From: Azolla caroliniana | Lineage: Eukaryota > Plantae > Polypodiophyta | Assembly (NCBI GenBank): GCA_043228905.1 | Contig: JBHGNT010000009.1 | Coordinates: 18,352,001-18,416,000, forward strand | Length of the DNA: 64,000 nt | Reading direction: 5' to 3' | Shown here: positions 39,765 to 53,556 of the stretch, one piece after another | Layout of the letters: each line of letters begins with the position of its first letter | Numbering within the stretch: the first letter of the stretch is position 1 | Notes under the pieces: model-generated | What the model was told of the DNA's origin: nothing | Seen by the model: only the letters and a program-made list of their open reading frames with translations | Database searches by the model: none | Position numbers and translations under genes: made by a program

Positions 39765-40540
39765 TTCGACCTTTCATCGAAAAGCGAAGGGAATGAAGAT
39801 CTCACATGTGAACGGATAGGACCTCTTATTTCTCGTCATATTTCTTGATCGTCGTATTTTTCGTAGGATCTCTTGTCTCTTACCTTACCATTATATTACT
39901 CGCCACATTACGGAGATGAGCTTAAATGGGTTTATCGGATAAAGGTATGCGGTGTGACGTATGCAATCCATAGAAAAGCATTCATGACCGTACAAATGAC
40001 CTTCGAGAAGAGTTTTCGTCTCGAACTGCCAATCTCTGATGCGCAACGTTACCGTTCTCGTCTCATGATACCAACCGCTAGATTCTTCCACTCGTACGTA
40101 AACTTGCATTGTTGAATCTCGAATACGCTACCTTCTATTAATTCTACCCTAACCAAATGAAGAGTATCGCGCATGCGACGTCTTAGTGGCGGCCTTCGTG
40201 TAGGTTGTTTCTAAATCTTAAACGACGTCATCCTTGTGGACGACTACATTCAAATGCACACCATACAACAACTAGGCGTCATCACATTCTCGCGTCTACT
40301 CGCTTGTATTCAAACTAGGAGCACGGCGAGCCTAAGCAAGAAAGGCATTGTTCATATGTTCCCTCGAGCGAGTGCGCATTAAAAATATGTGAACGGCATC
40401 GTCGTGATCGATGATTACGTTCAAATGAGCGACTTTTATCCCTTCCCCAATCCACGCATGTATTGATTGCGCAACGTTACCGAGCACTCTCGTTGTCATC
40501 GTCGTATTCCGATTCTCGAGAAGCGGAACCTAATCCTAAT

Positions 40541-40613
40541 CGATCCTACTAGGGATCGAACCTAGAATCTCTGGTTTCGTAGACCAGCGCCTTATCCATT
40601 GGGCCATAGGATC
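40541..40613 (-). tRNA. trnR-ACG: tRNA-Arg(ACG), unit 4
   Basis: Same as the unit 1 copy. Confidence 0.95.
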
Positions 40614-40870
40614 TTCGGTTTTCCGTTGGTAATTGTAGTCCCATTGAGGATCGCGATTGACGTGCGGCACACTTTTGACGAGGAATTTGTGCCGGATAAA
40701 CCATTCCATTTCTTTTACCTGTTAAACATCATCATCCTCGTAAATGAATGCAACCATTAAGCCAAAACAGTGGATACAAAGATCACATTTTCTGGACGGT
40801 TGAGACGAATGCGCATTATGACTCCGTGAATGATTCTCGGTCGTCGTGCACTAGGGTCACGATTCTAAAC

Positions 40871-40943
40871 CGACCCTACTAGGGGTCGAACCTAGAATCT
40901 TTGGTTTCGAAGACCAACGCCTTATCCATTAGGCCATAGGATC
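40871..40943 (-). tRNA. trnR-TCG: tRNA-Arg(TCG), unit 4
   Basis: Same as the unit 1 copy. Confidence 0.93.
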
Positions 40944-41719
40944 TTCGACCTTTCATCGAAAAGCGAAGGGAATGAAGATCTCACATGTGAACGGATAGGA
41001 CCTCTTATTTCTCGTCATATTTCTTGATCGTCGTATTTTTCGTAGGATCTCTTGTCTCTTACCTTACCATTATATTACTCGCCACATTACGGAGATGAGC
41101 TTAAATGGGTTTATCGGATAAAGGTATGCGGTGTGACGTATGCAATCCATAGAAAAGCATTCATGACCGTACAAATGACCTTCGAGAAGAGTTTTCGTCT
41201 CGAACTGCCAATCTCTGATGCGCAACGTTACCGTTCTCGTCTCATGATACCAACCGCTAGATTCTTCCACTCGTACGTAAACTTGCATTGTTGAATCTCG
41301 AATACGCTACCTTCTATTAATTCTACCCTAACCAAATGAAGAGTATCGCGCATGCGACGTCTTAGTGGCGGCCTTCGTGTAGGTTGTTTCTAAATCTTAA
41401 ACGACGTCATCCTTGTGGACGACTACATTCAAATGCACACCATACAACAACTAGGCGTCATCACATTCTCGCGTCTACTCGCTTGTATTCAAACTAGGAG
41501 CACGGCGAGCCTAAGCAAGAAAGGCATTGTTCATATGTTCCCTCGAGCGAGTGCGCATTAAAAATATGTGAACGGCATCGTCGTGATCGATGATTACGTT
41601 CAAATGAGCGACTTTTATCCCTTCCCCAATCCACGCATGTATTGATTGCGCAACGTTACCGAGCACTCTCGTTGTCATCGTCGTATTCCGATTCTCGAGA
41701 AGCGGAACCTAATCCTAAT

Positions 41720-41792
41720 CGATCCTACTAGGGATCGAACCTAGAATCTCTGGTTTCGTAGACCAGCGCCTTATCCATTGGGCCATAGGATC
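41720..41792 (-). tRNA. trnR-ACG: tRNA-Arg(ACG), unit 5 (5' flank has a net 26-bp deletion)
   Basis: Gene body same as the unit 1 copy. Confidence 0.95.
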
Positions 41793-42023
41793 TTCGGTTT
41801 TAATCGCGATTGACGTGCGGCACACTTTTGACGAGGAATTTGTGCCGGATAAACCATTCCATTTCTTTTACCTGTTAAACATCATCATCCTCGTAAATGA
41901 ATGCAACCATTAAGCCAAAACAGTGGATACAAAGATCACATTTTCTGGACGGTTGAGACGAATGCGCATTATGACTCCGTGAATGATTCTCGGTCGTCGT
42001 GCACTAGGGTCACGATTCTAAAC

Positions 42024-42096
42024 CGACCCTACTAGGGGTCGAACCTAGAATCTTTGGTTTCGAAGACCAACGCCTTATCCATTAGGCCATAGGATC
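42024..42096 (-). tRNA. trnR-TCG: tRNA-Arg(TCG), unit 5
   Basis: Same as the unit 1 copy. Confidence 0.93.
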
Positions 42097-42872
42097 TTCG
42101 ACCTTTCATCGAAAAGCGAAGGGAATGAAGATCTCACATGTGAACGGATAGGACCTCTTATTTCTCGTCATATTTCTTGATCGTCGTATTTTTCGTAGGA
42201 TCTCTTGTCTCTTACCTTACCATTATATTACTCGCCACATTACGGAGATGAGCTTAAATGGGTTTATCGGATAAAGGTATGCGGTGTGACGTATGCAATC
42301 CATAGAAAAGCATTCATGACCGTACAAATGACCTTCGAGAAGAGTTTTCGTCTCGAACTGCCAATCTCTGATGCGCAACGTTACCGTTCTCGTCTCATGA
42401 TACCAACCGCTAGATTCTTCCACTCGTACGTAAACTTGCATTGTTGAATCTCGAATACGCTACCTTCTATTAATTCTACCCTAACCAAATGAAGAGTATC
42501 GCGCATGCGACGTCTTAGTGGCGGCCTTCGTGTAGGTTGTTTCTAAATCTTAAACGACGTCATCCTTGTGGACGACTACATTCAAATGCACACCATACAA
42601 CAACTAGGCGTCATCACATTCTCGCGTCTACTCGCTTGTATTCAAACTAGGAGCACGGCGAGCCTAAGCAAGAAAGGCATTGTTCATATGTTCCCTCGAG
42701 CGAGTGCGCATTAAAAATATGTGAACGGCATCGTCGTGATCGATGATTACGTTCAAATGAGCGACTTTTATCCCTTCCCCAATCCACGCATGTATTGATT
42801 GCGCAACGTTACCGAGCACTCTCGTTGTCATCGTCGTATTCCGATTCTCGAGAAGCGGAACCTAATCCTAAT

Positions 42873-42945
42873 CGATCCTACTAGGGATCGAACCTAGAAT
42901 CTCTGGTTTCGTAGACCAGCGCCTTATCCATTGGGCCATAGGATC
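42873..42945 (-). tRNA. trnR-ACG: tRNA-Arg(ACG), unit 6
   Basis: Same as the unit 1 copy. Confidence 0.95.
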
Positions 42946-43202
42946 TTCGGTTTTCCGTTGGTAATTGTAGTCCCATTGAGGATCGCGATTGACGTGCGGC
43001 ACACTTTTGACGAGGAATTTGTGCCGGATAAACCATTCCATTTCTTTTACCTGTTAAACATCATCATCCTCGTAAATGAATGCAACCATTAAGCCAAAAC
43101 AGTGGATACAAAGATCACATTTTCTGGACGGTTGAGACGAATGCGCATTATGACTCCGTGAATGATTCTCGGTCGTCGTGCACTAGGGTCACGATTCTAA
43201 AC

Positions 43203-43275
43203 CGACCCTACTAGGGGTCGAACCTAGAATCTTTGGTTTCGAAGACCAACGCCTTATCCATTAGGCCATAGGATC
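43203..43275 (-). tRNA. trnR-TCG: tRNA-Arg(TCG), unit 6
   Basis: Same as the unit 1 copy. Confidence 0.93.
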
Positions 43276-44051
43276 TTCGACCTTTCATCGAAAAGCGAAG
43301 GGAATGAAGATCTCACATGTGAACGGATAGGACCTCTTATTTCTCGTCATATTTCTTGATCGTCGTATTTTTCGTAGGATCTCTTGTCTCTTACCTTACC
43401 ATTATATTACTCGCCACATTACGGAGATGAGCTTAAATGGGTTTATCGGATAAAGGTATGCGGTGTGACGTATGCAATCCATAGAAAAGCATTCATGACC
43501 GTACAAATGACCTTCGAGAAGAGTTTTCGTCTCGAACTGCCAATCTCTGATGCGCAACGTTACCGTTCTCGTCTCATGATACCAACCGCTAGATTCTTCC
43601 ACTCGTACGTAAACTTGCATTGTTGAATCTCGAATACGCTACCTTCTATTAATTCTACCCTAACCAAATGAAGAGTATCGCGCATGCGACGTCTTAGTGG
43701 CGGCCTTCGTGTAGGTTGTTTCTAAATCTTAAACGACGTCATCCTTGTGGACGACTACATTCAAATGCACACCATACAACAACTAGGCGTCATCACATTC
43801 TCGCGTCTACTCGCTTGTATTCAAACTAGGAGCACGGCGAGCCTAAGCAAGAAAGGCATTGTTCATATGTTCCCTCGAGCGAGTGCGCATTAAAAATATG
43901 TGAACGGCATCGTCGTGATCGATGATTACGTTCAAATGAGCGACTTTTATCCCTTCCCCAATCCACGCATGTATTGATTGCGCAACGTTACCGAGCACTC
44001 TCGTTGTCATCGTCGTATTCCGATTCTCGAGAAGCGGAACCTAATCCTAAT

Positions 44052-44124
44052 CGATCCTACTAGGGATCGAACCTAGAATCTCTGGTTTCGTAGACCAGCG
44101 CCTTATCCATTGGGCCATAGGATC
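44052..44124 (-). tRNA. trnR-ACG: tRNA-Arg(ACG), unit 7
   Basis: Same as the unit 1 copy. Confidence 0.95.
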
Positions 44125-44381
44125 TTCGGTTTTCCGTTGGTAATTGTAGTCCCATTGAGGATCGCGATTGACGTGCGGCACACTTTTGACGAGGAATTTG
44201 TGCCGGATAAACCATTCCATTTCTTTTACCTGTTAAACATCATCATCCTCGTAAATGAATGCAACCATTAAGCCAAAACAGTGGATACAAAGATCACATT
44301 TTCTGGACGGTTGAGACGAATGCGCATTATGACTCCGTGAATGATTCTCGGTCGTCGTGCACTAGGGTCACGATTCTAAAC

Positions 44382-44454
44382 CGACCCTACTAGGGGTCGA
44401 ACCTAGAATCTTTGGTTTCGAAGACCAACGCCTTATCCATTAGGCCATAGGATC
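44382..44454 (-). tRNA. trnR-TCG: tRNA-Arg(TCG), unit 7
   Basis: Same as the unit 1 copy. Confidence 0.93.
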
Positions 44455-45230
44455 TTCGACCTTTCATCGAAAAGCGAAGGGAATGAAGATCTCACATGTG
44501 AACGGATAGGACCTCTTATTTCTCGTCATATTTCTTGATCGTCGTATTTTTCGTAGGATCTCTTGTCTCTTACCTTACCATTATATTACTCGCCACATTA
44601 CGGAGATGAGCTTAAATGGGTTTATCGGATAAAGGTATGCGGTGTGACGTATGCAATCCATAGAAAAGCATTCATGACCGTACAAATGACCTTCGAGAAG
44701 AGTTTTCGTCTCGAACTGCCAATCTCTGATGCGCAACGTTACCGTTCTCGTCTCATGATACCAACCGCTAGATTCTTCCACTCGTACGTAAACTTGCATT
44801 GTTGAATCTCGAATACGCTACCTTCTATTAATTCTACCCTAACCAAATGAAGAGTATCGCGCATGCGACGTCTTAGTGGCGGCCTTCGTGTAGGTTGTTT
44901 CTAAATCTTAAACGACGTCATCCTTGTGGACGACTACATTCAAATGCACACCATACAACAACTAGGCGTCATCACATTCTCGCGTCTACTCGCTTGTATT
45001 CAAACTAGGAGCACGGCGAGCCTAAGCAAGAAAGGCATTGTTCATATGTTCCCTCGAGCGAGTGCGCATTAAAAATATGTGAACGGCATCGTCGTGATCG
45101 ATGATTACGTTCAAATGAGCGACTTTTATCCCTTCCCCAATCCACGCATGTATTGATTGCGCAACGTTACCGAGCACTCTCGTTGTCATCGTCGTATTCC
45201 GATTCTCGAGAAGCGGAACCTAATCCTAAT

Positions 45231-45303
45231 CGATCCTACTAGGGATCGAACCTAGAATCTCTGGTTTCGTAGACCAGCGCCTTATCCATTGGGCCATAGG
45301 ATC
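45231..45303 (-). tRNA. trnR-ACG: tRNA-Arg(ACG), unit 8
   Basis: Same as the unit 1 copy. Confidence 0.95.
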
Positions 45304-45560
45304 TTCGGTTTTCCGTTGGTAATTGTAGTCCCATTGAGGATCGCGATTGACGTGCGGCACACTTTTGACGAGGAATTTGTGCCGGATAAACCATTCCATT
45401 TCTTTTACCTGTTAAACATCATCATCCTCGTAAATGAATGCAACCATTAAGCCAAAACAGTGGATACAAAGATCACATTTTCTGGACGGTTGAGACGAAT
45501 GCGCATTATGACTCCGTGAATGATTCTCGGTCGTCGTGCACTAGGGTCACGATTCTAAAC

Positions 45561-45633
45561 CGACCCTACTAGGGGTCGAACCTAGAATCTTTGGTTTCGA
45601 AGACCAACGCCTTATCCATTAGGCCATAGGATC
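45561..45633 (-). tRNA. trnR-TCG: tRNA-Arg(TCG), unit 8
   Basis: Same as the unit 1 copy. Confidence 0.93.
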
Positions 45634-46409
45634 TTCGACCTTTCATCGAAAAGCGAAGGGAATGAAGATCTCACATGTGAACGGATAGGACCTCTTATTT
45701 CTCGTCATATTTCTTGATCGTCGTATTTTTCGTAGGATCTCTTGTCTCTTACCTTACCATTATATTACTCGCCACATTACGGAGATGAGCTTAAATGGGT
45801 TTATCGGATAAAGGTATGCGGTGTGACGTATGCAATCCATAGAAAAGCATTCATGACCGTACAAATGACCTTCGAGAAGAGTTTTCGTCTCGAACTGCCA
45901 ATCTCTGATGCGCAACGTTACCGTTCTCGTCTCATGATACCAACCGCTAGATTCTTCCACTCGTACGTAAACTTGCATTGTTGAATCTCGAATACGCTAC
46001 CTTCTATTAATTCTACCCTAACCAAATGAAGAGTATCGCGCATGCGACGTCTTAGTGGCGGCCTTCGTGTAGGTTGTTTCTAAATCTTAAACGACGTCAT
46101 CCTTGTGGACGACTACATTCAAATGCACACCATACAACAACTAGGCGTCATCACATTCTCGCGTCTACTCGCTTGTATTCAAACTAGGAGCACGGCGAGC
46201 CTAAGCAAGAAAGGCATTGTTCATATGTTCCCTCGAGCGAGTGCGCATTAAAAATATGTGAACGGCATCGTCGTGATCGATGATTACGTTCAAATGAGCG
46301 ACTTTTATCCCTTCCCCAATCCACGCATGTATTGATTGCGCAACGTTACCGAGCACTCTCGTTGTCATCGTCGTATTCCGATTCTCGAGAAGCGGAACCT
46401 AATCCTAAT

Positions 46410-46482
46410 CGATCCTACTAGGGATCGAACCTAGAATCTCTGGTTTCGTAGACCAGCGCCTTATCCATTGGGCCATAGGATC
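46410..46482 (-). tRNA. trnR-ACG: tRNA-Arg(ACG), unit 9
   Basis: Same as the unit 1 copy. Confidence 0.95.
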
Positions 46483-46739
46483 TTCGGTTTTCCGTTGGTA
46501 ATTGTAGTCCCATTGAGGATCGCGATTGACGTGCGGCACACTTTTGACGAGGAATTTGTGCCGGATAAACCATTCCATTTCTTTTACCTGTTAAACATCA
46601 TCATCCTCGTAAATGAATGCAACCATTAAGCCAAAACAGTGGATACAAAGATCACATTTTCTGGACGGTTGAGACGAATGCGCATTATGACTCCGTGAAT
46701 GATTCTCGGTCGTCGTGCACTAGGGTCACGATTCTAAAC

Positions 46740-46812
46740 CGACCCTACTAGGGGTCGAACCTAGAATCTTTGGTTTCGAAGACCAACGCCTTATCCATTA
46801 GGCCATAGGATC
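46740..46812 (-). tRNA. trnR-TCG: tRNA-Arg(TCG), unit 9
   Basis: Same as the unit 1 copy. Confidence 0.93.
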
Positions 46813-47588
46813 TTCGACCTTTCATCGAAAAGCGAAGGGAATGAAGATCTCACATGTGAACGGATAGGACCTCTTATTTCTCGTCATATTTCTTGATCGT
46901 CGTATTTTTCGTAGGATCTCTTGTCTCTTACCTTACCATTATATTACTCGCCACATTACGGAGATGAGCTTAAATGGGTTTATCGGATAAAGGTATGCGG
47001 TGTGACGTATGCAATCCATAGAAAAGCATTCATGACCGTACAAATGACCTTCGAGAAGAGTTTTCGTCTCGAACTGCCAATCTCTGATGCGCAACGTTAC
47101 CGTTCTCGTCTCATGATACCAACCGCTAGATTCTTCCACTCGTACGTAAACTTGCATTGTTGAATCTCGAATACGCTACCTTCTATTAATTCTACCCTAA
47201 CCAAATGAAGAGTATCGCGCATGCGACGTCTTAGTGGCGGCCTTCGTGTAGGTTGTTTCTAAATCTTAAACGACGTCATCCTTGTGGACGACTACATTCA
47301 AATGCACACCATACAACAACTAGGCGTCATCACATTCTCGCGTCTACTCGCTTGTATTCAAACTAGGAGCACGGCGAGCCTAAGCAAGAAAGGCATTGTT
47401 CATATGTTCCCTCGAGCGAGTGCGCATTAAAAATATGTGAACGGCATCGTCGTGATCGATGATTACGTTCAAATGAGCGACTTTTATCCCTTCCCCAATC
47501 CACGCATGTATTGATTGCGCAACGTTACCGAGCACTCTCGTTGTCATCGTCGTATTCCGATTCTCGAGAAGCGGAACCTAATCCTAAT

Positions 47589-47661
47589 CGATCCTACTAG
47601 GGATCGAACCTAGAATCTCTGGTTTCGTAGACCAGCGCCTTATCCATTGGGCCATAGGATC
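47589..47661 (-). tRNA. trnR-ACG: tRNA-Arg(ACG), unit 10
   Basis: Same as the unit 1 copy. Confidence 0.95.
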
Positions 47662-47918
47662 TTCGGTTTTCCGTTGGTAATTGTAGTCCCATTGAGGATC
47701 GCGATTGACGTGCGGCACACTTTTGACGAGGAATTTGTGCCGGATAAACCATTCCATTTCTTTTACCTGTTAAACATCATCATCCTCGTAAATGAATGCA
47801 ACCATTAAGCCAAAACAGTGGATACAAAGATCACATTTTCTGGACGGTTGAGACGAATGCGCATTATGACTCCGTGAATGATTCTCGGTCGTCGTGCACT
47901 AGGGTCACGATTCTAAAC

Positions 47919-47991
47919 CGACCCTACTAGGGGTCGAACCTAGAATCTTTGGTTTCGAAGACCAACGCCTTATCCATTAGGCCATAGGATC
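47919..47991 (-). tRNA. trnR-TCG: tRNA-Arg(TCG), unit 10
   Basis: Same as the unit 1 copy. Confidence 0.93.
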
Positions 47992-48767
47992 TTCGACCTT
48001 TCATCGAAAAGCGAAGGGAATGAAGATCTCACATGTGAACGGATAGGACCTCTTATTTCTCGTCATATTTCTTGATCGTCGTATTTTTCGTAGGATCTCT
48101 TGTCTCTTACCTTACCATTATATTACTCGCCACATTACGGAGATGAGCTTAAATGGGTTTATCGGATAAAGGTATGCGGTGTGACGTATGCAATCCATAG
48201 AAAAGCATTCATGACCGTACAAATGACCTTCGAGAAGAGTTTTCGTCTCGAACTGCCAATCTCTGATGCGCAACGTTACCGTTCTCGTCTCATGATACCA
48301 ACCGCTAGATTCTTCCACTCGTACGTAAACTTGCATTGTTGAATCTCGAATACGCTACCTTCTATTAATTCTACCCTAACCAAATGAAGAGTATCGCGCA
48401 TGCGACGTCTTAGTGGCGGCCTTCGTGTAGGTTGTTTCTAAATCTTAAACGACGTCATCCTTGTGGACGACTACATTCAAATGCACACCATACAACAACT
48501 AGGCGTCATCACATTCTCGCGTCTACTCGCTTGTATTCAAACTAGGAGCACGGCGAGCCTAAGCAAGAAAGGCATTGTTCATATGTTCCCTCGAGCGAGT
48601 GCGCATTAAAAATATGTGAACGGCATCGTCGTGATCGATGATTACGTTCAAATGAGCGACTTTTATCCCTTCCCCAATCCACGCATGTATTGATTGCGCA
48701 ACGTTACCGAGCACTCTCGTTGTCATCGTCGTATTCCGATTCTCGAGAAGCGGAACCTAATCCTAAT

Positions 48768-48840
48768 CGATCCTACTAGGGATCGAACCTAGAATCTCTG
48801 GTTTCGTAGACCAGCGCCTTATCCATTGGGCCATAGGATC
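48768..48840 (-). tRNA. trnR-ACG: tRNA-Arg(ACG), unit 11
   Basis: Same as the unit 1 copy. Confidence 0.95.
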
Positions 48841-49097
48841 TTCGGTTTTCCGTTGGTAATTGTAGTCCCATTGAGGATCGCGATTGACGTGCGGCACACT
48901 TTTGACGAGGAATTTGTGCCGGATAAACCATTCCATTTCTTTTACCTGTTAAACATCATCATCCTCGTAAATGAATGCAACCATTAAGCCAAAACAGTGG
49001 ATACAAAGATCACATTTTCTGGACGGTTGAGACGAATGCGCATTATGACTCCGTGAATGATTCTCGGTCGTCGTGCACTAGGGTCACGATTCTAAAC

Positions 49098-49170
49098 CGA
49101 CCCTACTAGGGGTCGAACCTAGAATCTTTGGTTTCGAAGACCAACGCCTTATCCATTAGGCCATAGGATC
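49098..49170 (-). tRNA. trnR-TCG: tRNA-Arg(TCG), unit 11
   Basis: Same as the unit 1 copy. Confidence 0.93.
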
Positions 49171-49946
49171 TTCGACCTTTCATCGAAAAGCGAAGGGAAT
49201 GAAGATCTCACATGTGAACGGATAGGACCTCTTATTTCTCGTCATATTTCTTGATCGTCGTATTTTTCGTAGGATCTCTTGTCTCTTACCTTACCATTAT
49301 ATTACTCGCCACATTACGGAGATGAGCTTAAATGGGTTTATCGGATAAAGGTATGCGGTGTGACGTATGCAATCCATAGAAAAGCATTCATGACCGTACA
49401 AATGACCTTCGAGAAGAGTTTTCGTCTCGAACTGCCAATCTCTGATGCGCAACGTTACCGTTCTCGTCTCATGATACCAACCGCTAGATTCTTCCACTCG
49501 TACGTAAACTTGCATTGTTGAATCTCGAATACGCTACCTTCTATTAATTCTACCCTAACCAAATGAAGAGTATCGCGCATGCGACGTCTTAGTGGCGGCC
49601 TTCGTGTAGGTTGTTTCTAAATCTTAAACGACGTCATCCTTGTGGACGACTACATTCAAATGCACACCATACAACAACTAGGCGTCATCACATTCTCGCG
49701 TCTACTCGCTTGTATTCAAACTAGGAGCACGGCGAGCCTAAGCAAGAAAGGCATTGTTCATATGTTCCCTCGAGCGAGTGCGCATTAAAAATATGTGAAC
49801 GGCATCGTCGTGATCGATGATTACGTTCAAATGAGCGACTTTTATCCCTTCCCCAATCCACGCATGTATTGATTGCGCAACGTTACCGAGCACTCTCGTT
49901 GTCATCGTCGTATTCCGATTCTCGAGAAGCGGAACCTAATCCTAAT

Positions 49947-50019
49947 CGATCCTACTAGGGATCGAACCTAGAATCTCTGGTTTCGTAGACCAGCGCCTTA
50001 TCCATTGGGCCATAGGATC
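49947..50019 (-). tRNA. trnR-ACG: tRNA-Arg(ACG), unit 12
   Basis: Same as the unit 1 copy. Confidence 0.95.
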
Positions 50020-50276
50020 TTCGGTTTTCCGTTGGTAATTGTAGTCCCATTGAGGATCGCGATTGACGTGCGGCACACTTTTGACGAGGAATTTGTGCCG
50101 GATAAACCATTCCATTTCTTTTACCTGTTAAACATCATCATCCTCGTAAATGAATGCAACCATTAAGCCAAAACAGTGGATACAAAGATCACATTTTCTG
50201 GACGGTTGAGACGAATGCGCATTATGACTCCGTGAATGATTCTCGGTCGTCGTGCACTAGGGTCACGATTCTAAAC

Positions 50277-50349
50277 CGACCCTACTAGGGGTCGAACCTA
50301 GAATCTTTGGTTTCGAAGACCAACGCCTTATCCATTAGGCCATAGGATC
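50277..50349 (-). tRNA. trnR-TCG: tRNA-Arg(TCG), unit 12
   Basis: Same as the unit 1 copy. Confidence 0.93.
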
Positions 50350-51125
50350 TTCGACCTTTCATCGAAAAGCGAAGGGAATGAAGATCTCACATGTGAACGG
50401 ATAGGACCTCTTATTTCTCGTCATATTTCTTGATCGTCGTATTTTTCGTAGGATCTCTTGTCTCTTACCTTACCATTATATTACTCGCCACATTACGGAG
50501 ATGAGCTTAAATGGGTTTATCGGATAAAGGTATGCGGTGTGACGTATGCAATCCATAGAAAAGCATTCATGACCGTACAAATGACCTTCGAGAAGAGTTT
50601 TCGTCTCGAACTGCCAATCTCTGATGCGCAACGTTACCGTTCTCGTCTCATGATACCAACCGCTAGATTCTTCCACTCGTACGTAAACTTGCATTGTTGA
50701 ATCTCGAATACGCTACCTTCTATTAATTCTACCCTAACCAAATGAAGAGTATCGCGCATGCGACGTCTTAGTGGCGGCCTTCGTGTAGGTTGTTTCTAAA
50801 TCTTAAACGACGTCATCCTTGTGGACGACTACATTCAAATGCACACCATACAACAACTAGGCGTCATCACATTCTCGCGTCTACTCGCTTGTATTCAAAC
50901 TAGGAGCACGGCGAGCCTAAGCAAGAAAGGCATTGTTCATATGTTCCCTCGAGCGAGTGCGCATTAAAAATATGTGAACGGCATCGTCGTGATCGATGAT
51001 TACGTTCAAATGAGCGACTTTTATCCCTTCCCCAATCCACGCATGTATTGATTGCGCAACGTTACCGAGCACTCTCGTTGTCATCGTCGTATTCCGATTC
51101 TCGAGAAGCGGAACCTAATCCTAAT

Positions 51126-51198
51126 CGATCCTACTAGGGATCGAACCTAGAATCTCCGGTTTCGTAGACCAGCGCCTTATCCATTGGGCCATAGGATC
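51126..51198 (-). tRNA. trnR-ACG: tRNA-Arg(ACG), unit 13, A42G variant
   Basis: T>C at 51157 gives a U28-G42 wobble in the anticodon stem. Confidence 0.93.
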
Positions 51199-51455
51199 TT
51201 CGGTTTTCCGTTGGTAATTGTAGTCCCATTGAGGATCGCGATTGACGTGCGGCACACTTTTGACGAGGAATTTGTGCCGGATAAACCATTCCATTTCTTT
51301 TACCTGTTAAACATCATCATCCTCGTAAATGAATGCAACCATTAAGCCAAAACAGTGGATACAAAGATCACATTTTCTGGACGGTTGAGACGAATGCGCA
51401 TTATGACTCCGTGAATGATTCTCGGTCGTCGTGCACTAGGGTCACGATTCTAAAC

Positions 51456-51528
51456 CGACCCTACTAGGGGTCGAACCTAGAATCTTTGGTTTCGAAGACC
51501 AACGCCTTATCCATTAGGCCATAGGATC
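51456..51528 (-). tRNA. trnR-TCG: tRNA-Arg(TCG), unit 13
   Basis: Same as the unit 1 copy. Confidence 0.93.
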
Positions 51529-52304
51529 TTCGACCTTTCATCGAAAAGCGAAGGGAATGAAGATCTCACATGTGAACGGATAGGACCTCTTATTTCTCGT
51601 CATATTTCTTGATCGTCGTATTTTTCGTAGGATCTCTTGTCTCTTACCTTACCATTATATTACTCGCCACATTACGGAGATGAGCTTAAATGGGTTTATC
51701 GGATAAAGGTATGCGGTGTGACGTATGCAATCCATAGAAAAGCATTCATGACCGTACAAATGACCTTCGAGAAGAGTTTTCGTCTCGAACTGCCAATCTC
51801 TGATGCGCAACGTTACCGTTCTCGTCTCATGATACCAACCGCTAGATTCTTCCACTCGTACGTAAACTTGCATTGTTGAATCTCGAATACGCTACCTTCT
51901 ATTAATTCTACCCTAACCAAATGAAGAGTATCGCGCATGCGACGTCTTAGTGGCGGCCTTCGTGTAGGTTGTTTCTAAATCTTAAACGACGTCATCCTTG
52001 TGGACGACTACATTCAAATGCACACCATACAACAACTAGGCGTCATCACATTCTCGCGTCTACTCGCTTGTATTCAAACTAGGAGCACGGCGAGCCTAAG
52101 CAAGAAAGGCATTGTTCATATGTTCCCTCGAGCGAGTGCGCATTAAAAATATGTGAACGGCATCGTCGTGATCGATGATTACGTTCAAATGAGCGACTTT
52201 TATCCCTTCCCCAATCCACGCATGTATTGATTGCGCAACGTTACCGAGCACTCTCGTTGTCATCGTCGTATTCCGATTCTCGAGAAGCGGAACCTAATCC
52301 TAAT

Positions 52305-52377
52305 CGATCCTACTAGGGATCGAACCTAGAATCTCCGGTTTCGTAGACCAGCGCCTTATCCATTGGGCCATAGGATC
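52305..52377 (-). tRNA. trnR-ACG: tRNA-Arg(ACG), unit 14, A42G variant
   Basis: T>C at 52336, the same variant as unit 13. Confidence 0.93.
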
Positions 52378-52634
52378 TTCGGTTTTCCGTTGGTAATTGT
52401 AGTCCCATTGAGGATCGCGATTGACGTGCGGCACACTTTTGACGAGGAATTTGTGCCGGATAAACCATTCCATTTCTTTTACCTGTTAAACATCATCATC
52501 CTCGTAAATGAATGCAACCATTAAGCCAAAACAGTGGATACAAAGATCACATTTTCTGGACGGTTGAGACGAATGCGCATTATGACTCCGTGAATGATTC
52601 TCGGTCGTCGTGCACTAGGGTCACGATTCTAAAC

Positions 52635-52707
52635 CGACCCTACTAGGGGTCGAACCTAGAATCTTTGGTTTCGAAGACCAACGCCTTATCCATTAGGCCA
52701 TAGGATC
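52635..52707 (-). tRNA. trnR-TCG: tRNA-Arg(TCG), unit 14
   Basis: Same as the unit 1 copy. Confidence 0.93.
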
Positions 52708-53483
52708 TTCGACCTTTCATCGAAAAGCGAAGGGAATGAAGATCTCACATGTGAACGGATAGGACCTCTTATTTCTCGTCATATTTCTTGATCGTCGTAT
52801 TTTTCGTAGGATCTCTTGTCTCTTACCTTACCATTATATTACTCGCCACATTACGGAGATGAGCTTAAATGGGTTTATCGGATAAAGGTATGCGGTGTGA
52901 CGTATGCAATCCATAGAAAAGCATTCATGACCGTACAAATGACCTTCGAGAAGAGTTTTCGTCTCGAACTGCCAATCTCTGATGCGCAACGTTACCGTTC
53001 TCGTCTCATGATACCAACCGCTAGATTCTTCCACTCGTACGTAAACTTGCATTGTTGAATCTCGAATACGCTACCTTCTATTAATTCTACCCTAACCAAA
53101 TGAAGAGTATCGCGCATGCGACGTCTTAGTGGCGGCCTTCGTGTAGGTTGTTTCTAAATCTTAAACGACGTCATCCTTGTGGACGACTACATTCAAATGC
53201 ACACCATACAACAACTAGGCGTCATCACATTCTCGCGTCTACTCGCTTGTATTCAAACTAGGAGCACGGCGAGCCTAAGCAAGAAAGGCATTGTTCATAT
53301 GTTCCCTCGAGCGAGTGCGCATTAAAAATATGTGAACGGCATCGTCGTGATCGATGATTACGTTCAAATGAGCGACTTTTATCCCTTCCCCAATCCACGC
53401 ATGTATTGATTGCGCAACGTTACCGAGCACTCTCGTTGTCATCGTCGTATTCCGATTCTCGAGAAGCGGAACCTAATCCTAAT

Positions 53484-53556
53484 CGATCCTACTAGGGATC
53501 GAACCTAGAATCTCTGGTTTCGTAGACCAGCGCCTTATCCATTGGGCCATAGGATC
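53484..53556 (-). tRNA. trnR-ACG: tRNA-Arg(ACG), unit 15
   Basis: Same as the unit 1 copy. Confidence 0.95.
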
